Shown here: in pieces, positions 1 through 6,535 of the stretch | Layout: the number at the start of each line of letters is the position of its first letter | Numbering within the stretch: position 1 is the first letter of the stretch | NCBI GenBank assembly: GCA_902797085.1 | Contig: CADBRM010000049.1 | Coordinates: forward strand, 2,950-34,949 | Reading direction: 5' to 3' | Length of the DNA stretch: 32,000 nt | Source of the DNA: an uncultured Methanobacteriaceae archaeon | Lineage (GTDB): Archaea > Methanobacteriota > Methanobacteria > Methanobacteriales > Methanobacteriaceae | Notes under the pieces: model-generated | What the model was told of the DNA's origin: nothing | Seen by the model: only the letters and a program-made list of their open reading frames with translations | Databases searched by the model: none | Made by a program: the position numbers and the translations under genes

Positions 1-975
1 AATGTTTTCGGATGGTGATAATGGTGCAATCATACATGCAGGTAATAATACTCCAACATTTTTATCTAATGCTACTTTTACTTCTTCTTTTACAGCTTCC
101 GGAGATTTCATGAATAATGTGTCTGTTACTGAAATGTTACCACAAACTACTGTGTCTGAACCTAATTGTTGACGTACAGCTTGAGCTTCGTTTACATCCA
201 CATCATCTGCAATACTTACTCCCTGGTATCCTGTACTTAACATGTTTTCCATTTGTGGTAATGAATTTCCACATACGTGTAATACCATAGGTATGTCTGA
301 TGCAGCTGTTATTTCTTCGTGTAATGGGTTTAATAATTGTTTGAATAATGGTGGTGCTAGTAATTCCGGTGCTCCGTTAGGTTCGTACAATACGATTGCA
401 TCCATTTCTAATTCATTGTATAATTCAACTTGTTCTATTAATGCTGTTGTCATTTCATCTAATGCATCTTCTACTGTGTTTACTTTAGTGTTTACATCTT
501 TGAGTACACCTTCAATACCTAAACATTGTCCAAGTACGGTAATAGGACCACTCATTGCACCTACAATAGGTACATCATCATATTTGTCCTGTAATATTTT
601 TGTTGCTTCAATCATTGCAGGGAATCTTGCATTGTGTATGAAATCAGGGTCTGCTTCAAAAGTTTCTATATCGAAAGGACTGTGTGTTGTTTGTGATGAG
701 TTGTCATGATCTGTAAGTGCAACTTCACATCCTAATGCTTCTGCTTCGAAACATAAATCGAAAGGTAATACCATACTTTCTAATCCGACATGTTCATATG
801 CACTTGCTGCAATTGTTGCCATATCTTCTGCATCAGTGTGTCCTTTAGGCCAGGATACTCCTTCTTTTTCCATTAATTCAATCATACAGGTTGCAGGAAA
901 AGATCCTACAGGGGTTATTTCGTTGTCTTCTGTTGTTAATGCTGCTATTAAATTTTCTTTTAAATTTATATCCAT
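1..975 (-). CDS. mtaA: Methylcobamide:CoM methyltransferase, MtaA/MtbA (uroporphyrinogen decarboxylase-fold) family; 3' end runs off the window
   Basis: Absent from the ORF track because it is edge-truncated. Reverse-strand ATG at 975 stays open to base 1 (325 codons): MDINLKENLIAALTT..VSWPKGHTDAEDMA..PMVLHVCGNS..LLPACMIAPLSPSENI. The WP-x-x-HT, HxCGN and C-terminal Cys motifs align with Methanosarcina MtaA (WPEAHT, LHICGN, APGCGIAP; Zn ligands). I checked the frame at both ends and mid-gene. Confidence 0.8.
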   Translation of the reverse strand, partial: MDINLKENLIAALTTEDNEITPVGSFPATCMIELMEKEGVSWPKGHTDAEDMATIAASAYEHVGLESMVLPFDLCFEAEALGCEVALTDHDNSSQTTHSPFDIETFEADPDFIHNARFPAMIEATKILQDKYDDVPIVGAMSGPITVLGQCLGIEGVLKDVNTKVNTVEDALDEMTTALIEQVELYNELEMDAIVLYEPNGAPELLAPPLFKQLLNPLHEEITAASDIPMVLHVCGNSLPQMENMLSTGYQGVSIADDVDVNEAQAVRQQLGSDTVVCGNISVTDTLFMKSPEAVKEEVKVALDKNVGVLLPACMIAPLSPSENI

Positions 976-1002
976 ATCAATCACGTAAATTATTTTTTTT
1001 AT

Positions 1003-1020
1003 AGAATTCAAAAGAATTCT
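1003..1020. promoter_or_regulatory. Paired AGAATTC sites (AGAATTC-AAAA-GAATTCT), 28-45 bp upstream of the mtaA ATG; candidate operator
   Basis: AGAATTC occurs at 1003-1009 and 1013-1019, a 10-bp offset of one helical turn. The GAATTC core is itself palindromic, so the pair reads as both a direct and an inverted repeat. It lies next to a TATAAAAAAAA element on the mtaA-sense strand. Confidence 0.3.
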
Positions 1021-1209
1021 TACTAATAATATTAAACCTATTTTTTTTAAAGCTTGGAAAATTGTAACTTAACCCAGTGCTTATCTTTACGTATAGTAAC
1101 AAATCTTTTTAAATTCTATTTAATAATATGAATAACCTTCAATATATAGTTTTTTAGCAATTTAAAGACAATTTTAAGCTTTAAAATCAAAATAACACAA
1201 GCTAATCAA

Positions 1210-1350
1210 TTTTTTATCATAAATTTTTTTTTCGATTGTGGATTATGTTTTTTGATTATTGATTTGGTTTTTTTATTGTGAATTATTTTTTTGGAGATTG
1301 GTTTCTATTTTTTGTTTGGAATTATTTTTAATATAATTGATTACCTTTTT
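1210..1350. repeat. Phased oligo-T tracts / degenerate ~20-bp tandem repeat array upstream of mtaA
   Basis: T5-T9 runs sit at 1210-1215, 1224-1232, 1248-1253, 1268-1274, 1286-1292, 1308-1313, 1325-1329 and 1346-1350. The units between them resemble each other: cgattgtggattatg / gattattgatttgg / attgtgaattat / ggagattggtttcta / gtttggaattat. Confidence 0.5.
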
Positions 1351-1528
1351 AGTTGATGAATTATGGATTATTATTAAAAATTTAATTTTTTACTTCCTAT
1401 ATTATTATTTTTTAATAAATTCAGAGATATTACGATAAAATAAAAAAAAGATGATAAATACAATAATAATAAAAAAAGATAATAATATAAAAAATTATAT
1501 AATTATAAAAAAATGTTGTAATTTTAAT

Positions 1529-1536
1529 AAAAAAAA
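1529..1536 (-). terminator. Oligo-T (T8 on the minus strand) just downstream of regulator gene 1544-2368
   Basis: The A8 run on the plus strand at 1529-1536 reads as T8 on the coding strand, 8-15 nt after the stop codon. More T-runs follow. Archaeal termination uses oligo-T signals. Confidence 0.5.
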
Positions 1537-1543
1537 GAGAAAA

Positions 1544-2368
1544 TTATTCGATATCATTTAAAGTAACATACTTGTCTCTACTTAATGATTCGATTTCATC
1601 AAATAATTTGTTACCCCATTCTATAAATTGGGGGGCATGTGATATTATTCCAGCATTTGTGTCATATGTTTGATCATTATTATATAAAACAAACATTGCT
1701 TCTTCTTCAGAAACAGCTAATGATAGTTTTATATTTTCGATTGATTTGACTTTTACTGTCCTGTTTTTTAAGGGATTTTTTTCTTTACCTTTTTTATCTT
1801 CAATCAGGTATTCTTTAATATTGTTTGGAATTAATATCTTTAATTCTGTTGGATATTCCGCATCTTTTTGATTAGTTTTTCTAAATTCTGGATGTACATG
1901 TGTAAATATTATTTTCACTTTGCCGTTTGAGGTCATGTTCTTCGTGAAATTATTTACTACTTTGTATGGGTTTAGGGGAGTGTTATGTATTATTTCATAT
2001 TCTTCGCTTAATGGTAGTTCTTCAAGTACTTTTAATTGATTATTTTTAACGTAATGGTTGTTTAGATAGTCTTCAAAGGAATTTATTGAGTTTATTGTTT
2101 GGTTAAGGTATAATAAGTTAATCATTTTCTTTTTAACAGAATTTTTGAGATGGTACTTGTCTCCTAGTTTGTTTATCAATCCCTTTTTTTCTAATTGTTT
2201 AACATTACTGGATATGGAACCATAATTAATGCCTTTATCACTTAGTTCTCGGGCATTTAAATCAGATTTACAAAGATTAATCAGTATCTTTAGTTTAATC
2301 TCTGATCTTACCATAAACATTATTTCATTTTGGATAATATCGTATTCTGTTGCATCTTTTAAAACCAT
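1544..2368 (-). CDS. Winged-HTH (ArsR-like) + DUF1724/FilR1-like transcriptional regulator (Msr family architecture)
   Basis: ORF 1544-2431. I call the start at ATG 2368 (MVLKDATEYDIIQNEIMFMVRSEIKLKILINL..) because AAGGTGAG lies 5 nt upstream. The N-terminal wHTH is RSEIKLKILINLCKSDLNARELS..ISSNVKQLEKKGLINKLGDKYHL, and a ~180-aa C-terminal domain follows the linker YLNNHYV. Confidence 0.65.
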   Translation of the reverse strand: MVLKDATEYDIIQNEIMFMVRSEIKLKILINLCKSDLNARELSDKGINYGSISSNVKQLEKKGLINKLGDKYHLKNSVKKKMINLLYLNQTINSINSFEDYLNNHYVKNNQLKVLEELPLSEEYEIIHNTPLNPYKVVNNFTKNMTSNGKVKIIFTHVHPEFRKTNQKDAEYPTELKILIPNNIKEYLIEDKKGKEKNPLKNRTVKVKSIENIKLSLAVSEEEAMFVLYNNDQTYDTNAGIISHAPQFIEWGNKLFDEIESLSRDKYVTLNDIE

Positions 2369-2570
2369 TAAACTCACCTTACTATCCTCTATGATAATAG
2401 TTATATTAGAAACTAATAATAATTGTATCAACTCTTTTGATTAAGTTTAGTTGATTTTTAATAATTCTTTATTTAAAAAGATCATAATTGGTAATGATTT
2501 ATATCTGTTGAAAAATATACATATTATTATATGTAACGTTGAATGATATGATGTCTATTATGGTGAGTAC

Positions 2571-3392
2571 ATGGTAAAAAATAACGATATTTTATTTAAT
2601 CAAGATTGTTTTGAGGACATACAATACTTTTTGACGAGTTCTTTTAGGGTGGAAATTTTAATGGAATTGTATGAATCTGATAAAACTGTTAAAAACCTTA
2701 AAGAAATACTGAATAAATCTGAAAGTAATATATTGCATTACCTGAAAGATTTTGAAGAAAAAGAACTTGTTGAAAGGGATAAAGAACTGTATACCTTAAC
2801 TTCTAAGGGTTATTTTATAATAAGGCATATTGTAAAATTAATAAGTAATTGGAGTGCTATTAATTCCAATTTGGATTTTTGGGATGATCATTTATATTCT
2901 GACTTGCCATTAGACTTTATATTAAACATGGAATTATGGGATAATGCAGAAGTGGTTGCTAATGATAATTTAGACTATAATAAGCCATCACATGTATACT
3001 CAGAGTTAATATCGGAATCAAAATTCATAAAAGTTCTACTGCCCGTACTTTCAACATATCATTTGGATGCACTGTTAACTTCATTGGAAGAAAATGGAGG
3101 GACATTGGATTTAATTACATCCAATATATTGTTAAAAAACATTTATGCATCTGAATTTCATGACCGATTTTTCAAACTTAAGGGAAAAGGAAGGATAAGA
3201 GTAAGGACAACAAAAAGAGGAAGTCGTTTAAATAAGTTTCTCACTTGTACAGAAAATTTCTCATCATTATATCTGATATATGATAATGGTATATATGATG
3301 ATTCAGTTATGATATTAAACCAAGATGAGTTTGATGTAAATAAATTGAATAAATTATTTGATAACTATAAGAAAACTCTTCAACCACAATAA
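2571..3392 (+). CDS. Winged-HTH + DUF1724/FilR1-like transcriptional regulator, divergent paralog of 1544-2368
   Basis: GGTGAGT sits 4 nt before ATG 2571. The wHTH is FRVEILMELYESDKTVKNLKEIL..NILHYLKDFEEKELVERDKELYTLTSKG, followed by DFWDDHLYSDLPLDF, which matches the yW-x-H...iP signature I associate with DUF1724. Confidence 0.65.
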   Translation: MVKNNDILFNQDCFEDIQYFLTSSFRVEILMELYESDKTVKNLKEILNKSESNILHYLKDFEEKELVERDKELYTLTSKGYFIIRHIVKLISNWSAINSNLDFWDDHLYSDLPLDFILNMELWDNAEVVANDNLDYNKPSHVYSELISESKFIKVLLPVLSTYHLDALLTSLEENGGTLDLITSNILLKNIYASEFHDRFFKLKGKGRIRVRTTKRGSRLNKFLTCTENFSSLYLIYDNGIYDDSVMILNQDEFDVNKLNKLFDNYKKTLQPQ

Positions 3393-3719
3393 TTTTTTTT
3401 TCTATTTTAGATAAGACTGTTTTTAGAATATTTTATTAAGAAACTGGTGTATTTCTTTCATAAGATTATTTTTGCAAAATAGTAACTTTGTTTTTTGTTT
3501 TATTCAATTTAAATAATTATTTTTCTATTAAAATAATATTTAACTTAACTATTCGACATATTTTTAAAAAAATTAAGTTAAAGTGTATGATAATTTTATT
3601 AACAATGTTAATTAGATTATATGTAAGAAGAAGTTAGAATAACATTAATACTAATCATTCATTTTCAAAACATTTTTGGCTCTTCAGTATAAAAAAATTA
3701 ATTTTTAAGGCGAAATAAT

Positions 3720-4961
3720 ATGGAAAATCGTACAGGACTTTTTACAAACGGTGTTATTTGGTTTGGTGTTGCAATTTCCGTATCTGAGATAGAAGCGGGT
3801 ATAGGAATTGGGGCAATGTCCTCACTAAGTTCTTTATGGGTCCCCTTGGTTTTAGGACACGTACTTGGTGGGATATTATTGTTTTTTGTAGGATTAATTG
3901 GAGCACGCCTTCGACTTAATGCAATGGAAACTATTACATCAACCTTTGGGACTTATGGTTCCAAATTTTTTGCCGTGTTAAATGTATCACAACTGATAGC
4001 GTGGATTGCAGTGTTAAATGCTCAAGGGGCATCGGCATTAGCAGGATTGAATCTTCCAATATCATTTGCACTTACATGCATATTGCTTGCAACTTTAATC
4101 GCTATGTGGGTTTATGTTGGTCTTCAGCGTTCCTCAAAAATAGCAACGGTAGTGATGGGTATTCTTTCAGTATTGCTTCTGGTGTTAACTGTTAAGTTGT
4201 TTGCTGTTGATGTATCCTCTCTGGTTTCTCTTTCAAATTTATCTGGTATGACGGGAAATACATCGGATCTTAACTTTTGGAATATTTTTGAAATTTCCAT
4301 TGCCATGCCAATTTCATGGTTTCCAGTAATTTCAGACTACACAAAGGATGTTAAAAAACCAGTTAAAGCTACATTCGTATCAGCGGCAGCATATACTATT
4401 GCCAGCCTTTGGATGTATTTTATTGGAATAGAAATTGCAGGCATTGGAGCAAACATAAGCATTGCACAGGCAATACTGATTGCAGGATTGGGAATTCCGG
4501 GTATTATTATACTGGTTCTTTCAACTGTAACGACCAACTTTTTGGCCGCTAACTCGGCAGGGGAGTCTGCAAAGGCAATTTATCCTAAATTAAATCCAAA
4601 ATTAGTTGGTATGATAATCAGTTTCATTAGTGCCGGTCTGGCCATTTCGGGAATTATGGATCATTATATCGGTTTTCTTTATCTTATAGCATCAGTATTT
4701 GCTCCTATGGCGGCAGTACTCCTGGTTTCATTCTATTTTGATAAGGATTGCTTTGACAATGATGGGGGAGGATGGTACTGGAACCTATTTGCATGGTTTG
4801 TGGGATTTATAGTTTATCAGGTTACAGTAAACATGGATTCCATTATGTTAGGGCCAACATTACTTGCTATTATTGTTTCGGCAGTACTCACATATCTTGG
4901 GGTGATAGTGAAAAAAAAATTTCATAATCAGAAAATATTAAGTGAACTATATGATATCTGA
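3720..4961 (+). CDS. NCS1 (purine-cytosine permease-like) family transporter, CytX-like
   Basis: 413 aa, about 12 hydrophobic segments. N-terminus MENRTGLFTNGVIWFGVAISVSEIEAGIGIG. The size and N-terminal pattern resemble CytX-type putative hydroxymethylpyrimidine transporters. Substrate is not inferable. Confidence 0.5.
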   Translation: MENRTGLFTNGVIWFGVAISVSEIEAGIGIGAMSSLSSLWVPLVLGHVLGGILLFFVGLIGARLRLNAMETITSTFGTYGSKFFAVLNVSQLIAWIAVLNAQGASALAGLNLPISFALTCILLATLIAMWVYVGLQRSSKIATVVMGILSVLLLVLTVKLFAVDVSSLVSLSNLSGMTGNTSDLNFWNIFEISIAMPISWFPVISDYTKDVKKPVKATFVSAAAYTIASLWMYFIGIEIAGIGANISIAQAILIAGLGIPGIIILVLSTVTTNFLAANSAGESAKAIYPKLNPKLVGMIISFISAGLAISGIMDHYIGFLYLIASVFAPMAAVLLVSFYFDKDCFDNDGGGWYWNLFAWFVGFIVYQVTVNMDSIMLGPTLLAIIVSAVLTYLGVIVKKKFHNQKILSELYDI

Positions 4962-5209
4962 AAATTACTAAAAAGATGGCTGAAAAAAAGAATATGAGAA
5001 AACTGGTACATATCCATACATAGTAATATAACAGGTATCTCAAAAAGGGGAGTCTTATCCGGAGAGTTCCACAAAAAATAAAATAATTAGTAGAAGACTT
5101 TAGAAACAAACATGAATACAGACCATGATACCTTTGATGAAGAAAACATATAAGTAAAATTTCTAAACCTTTCTTTGAAGAATTAGGCAGGAACATCAGA
5201 AATGAAATT

Positions 5210-5267
5210 AAGTGCAGGATGTATTGAAGTAGTATTTGAAGATGTATAATAATTGCATCCTGTACTT
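5210..5267 (+). other. Long imperfect stem-loop (about 14-15 bp stem, 25-27 nt loop) followed by T-rich sequence
   Basis: Arm aagtgcaggatgtatt (5210-5225) pairs with aattgcatcctgtactt (5251-5267). The two non-Watson-Crick positions are G:T and T:G on the plus strand, giving G-U wobbles in a plus-sense RNA but C-A mismatches in a minus-sense RNA. The sequence tatcccctacttttctctatttt follows. Confidence 0.35.
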
Positions 5268-5327
5268 TATCCCCTACTTTTCTCTATTTTAATTACTTTA
5301 TCGTTTTGACATTATTTGATGTATATG

Positions 5328-5480
5328 TGGTGGTTCATTTTTGGTATTTTAGTGAGATTTGTATTTTTCACGAAATTTTCATAGAAAGGAGTTTGTTACT
5401 TTTTGTCTTTCTGGTGGTTAACATTTTTTTGTATTACTTTTTAGCCTAAAATCACTAAAAAGGTATTACTTTTTATCTTG
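5328..5480. repeat. Degenerate tandem duplication (~84-bp offset) with embedded 12-mer direct repeats
   Basis: TGGTGGTT occurs at 5328-5335 and 5412-5419. Both units continue with T-run, GTATT, TTAG, TCAC-AAA, AAGG and TTACTTTTT-TCTT. The exact 12-mer gtattacttttt occurs at 5431-5442 and 5463-5474, with the variant tgttacttttt at 5394-5404. Confidence 0.45.
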
Positions 5481-5485
5481 TTTTA

Positions 5486-5518
5486 TTCGTTATACATAGC
5501 TATAACGAAGTATTTTTT
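5486..5518 (+). terminator. Perfect 9-bp hairpin followed by T6 (intrinsic-terminator-like)
   Basis: ttcgttata (5486-5494), loop catagc, tataacgaa (5501-5509), then g-ta-tttttt (T6 at 5513-5518). It lies immediately 3' of the duplicated units, and no annotated plus-strand gene ends nearby. Confidence 0.4.
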
Positions 5519-5776
5519 CAAATTTTTCATTCGATAATAAAAATTGTCAAAATTAGGGGTAATTTAGATTCATTTATCATATATGACATATACACCAACA
5601 ATTTAATTTTTTGATTTTCAGAGGTACATTGCAAGTGTAACTAATCATTATATCTATTTATCATTCTTGATTTTGTTATAAAATATTATGTGGTGCATAT
5701 TACATATAAATTATGTAAGTAGAATATATGGAAGCAACAAGCATAAGAATAATGAATAACACATAAACGACTAAAA

Positions 5777-5794
5777 GTTTTTGCATGCAAAAAC
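5777..5794. repeat. 18-bp perfect palindrome GTTTTTGCATGCAAAAAC
   Basis: The sequence is exactly self-complementary. It lies about 90 bp beyond the stop of the minus-strand ferredoxin gene. On the minus strand it is followed by TTTTAG, so it may act as a hairpin terminator or a dimer-binding site. Confidence 0.4.
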
Positions 5795-5884
5795 CAGTCT
5801 TATGATATTTAATTATATATTGATTTTAATTAAAAATAATTTAAAAGTTTTAGAGGGGGTTATGTAAATAATGTTTTTCTTTTT

Positions 5885-6085
5885 TTAACTTCTTCTTGCT
5901 GCGATTATTGCTTTATTAGGACATTTGTCTACACAAATTCCACAATCTACGCATGAAAAGTATTTTACTTTTGGTTTGTCATTATCGTTGTCTATTGCTT
6001 TGGTTGGACAACTTTCTATGCATAATCCACCTTCTGGACATGCATTTATTCCATTACATATGTTTTCATCTATAGTTACTGCCAT
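5885..6085 (-). CDS. 2x[4Fe-4S] ferredoxin (66 aa)
   Basis: MAVTIDENICNGINACPEGGLCIESCP...CVDCGICVDKCP. The second motif is a canonical CxxCxxCxxxCP and the first is a variant Cys motif ending in CP. GGTGA lies 4 nt upstream of the ATG. Confidence 0.85.
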   Translation of the reverse strand: MAVTIDENICNGINACPEGGLCIESCPTKAIDNDNDKPKVKYFSCVDCGICVDKCPNKAIIAARRS

Positions 6086-6094
6086 TTTATCACC

Positions 6095-6286
6095 CTATTT
6101 TTGTTTTTCAGATAGTTGTTCTCCACCTACTCCAATATTGTCTGCATTATTTTCACGTAATAATACGGTAATTGATTCAACAGGCATTTCATATGCGTCA
6201 GCCACAATTTTTGATACTTTTTCTATTATTGCTTTTTTTGATTCTTTTGTAGTATTTTCTGGTCCATCAATTGTTACAACAGGCAT
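6095..6286 (-). CDS. 4-oxalocrotonate tautomerase family protein (63 aa), paralog 2
   Basis: Pro directly follows the initiator Met (MPVVTIDGPE..). Length is 60-65 aa, with a C-terminal DNIGVGGEQLS motif as in the 4-OT GIGG. GGGGTGA SD lies upstream. Confidence 0.8.
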   Translation of the reverse strand: MPVVTIDGPENTTKESKKAIIEKVSKIVADAYEMPVESITVLLRENNADNIGVGGEQLSEKQK

Positions 6287-6297
6287 ATTTTCACCCC

Positions 6298-6483
6298 TTA
6301 TTCTCCTGATACTGGTTTTCCACCTACTCCTATATTATCTGGCGTATTTTCATAAATTAACATAGTAATTGCTTGTATAGGAACTCCTAATTCTTCTGCA
6401 ACCACTTCTGATGCTTCTTTAATTAATTGTTTTTTCGTTTCTTTGGATAATGTTTTTGAAGCTTCTACAGTTATTACTGGCAT
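6298..6483 (-). CDS. 4-oxalocrotonate tautomerase family protein (61 aa), paralog 1
   Basis: MPVITVEASKTLSKETKKQLIKEASEVVAEELGVPIQAITMLIYENTPDNIGVGGKPVSGE. It has Pro-1, the beta-alpha-beta length class and the GVGG motif. GGAG lies 8 nt upstream. Confidence 0.8.
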   Translation of the reverse strand: MPVITVEASKTLSKETKKQLIKEASEVVAEELGVPIQAITMLIYENTPDNIGVGGKPVSGE

Positions 6484-6535
6484 TATTATTTCTCCATATT
6501 TTTCTTATAATATATTTCTTTGTAATGTTTATTAA

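Noticed and set aside
242-709. 155-aa plus-strand ORF from the supplied track
   Set aside because: It lies antisense to the well-supported mtaA frame, and its sequence is low-complexity Ser/Asn/Ile-rich. It is a shadow ORF.
2369-2431. N-terminal 21-codon extension of ORF 1544-2431 (MIQLLLVSNITIIIEDSKVSL)
   Set aside because: It has no SD, whereas the internal ATG at 2368 has AAGGTGAG 5 nt upstream. The extension is hydrophobic filler unlike wHTH regulators.
3393-3719. Possible TPP riboswitch upstream of the CytX-like transporter
   Set aside because: I looked for the conserved CUGAGA / ACCUGAUCUGGAUAAUGCCAGCG-type elements and found none. The region is plain AT-rich spacer. A 10-bp inverted repeat (3539-3548 / 3573-3582) exists but is weak evidence in DNA this AT-rich.
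4888-5196. 102-aa minus-strand ORF in the noncoding island
   Set aside because: It overlaps the 3' end of the transporter gene antisense. It has no SD, and its composition (Phe/Leu/Ile/Tyr/Cys-rich) is typical of random AT-rich frames.
5319-5384. 21-aa hydrophobic ORF (MYMWWFIFGILVRFVFFTKFS) as a type I toxin-like gene
   Set aside because: It has no recognisable SD, and hydrophobic peptides arise trivially from T-rich sequence. I kept it only as a note inside the repeat finding.
5871-5888. Mini-ORF ATG TTT TTC TTT TTT TAA (MFFFF) after a GAGGGGG motif, resembling a leader peptide
   Set aside because: The GAGGGGG motif is followed first by ATGTAA. The Phe run is simply the complement of the ferredoxin C-terminal Arg/Lys codons, and no downstream plus-strand gene exists for it to regulate.
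5925-6365. 146-aa plus-strand ORF
   Set aside because: It lies antisense to three well-supported small genes (the ferredoxin and two tautomerases), each with its own SD.
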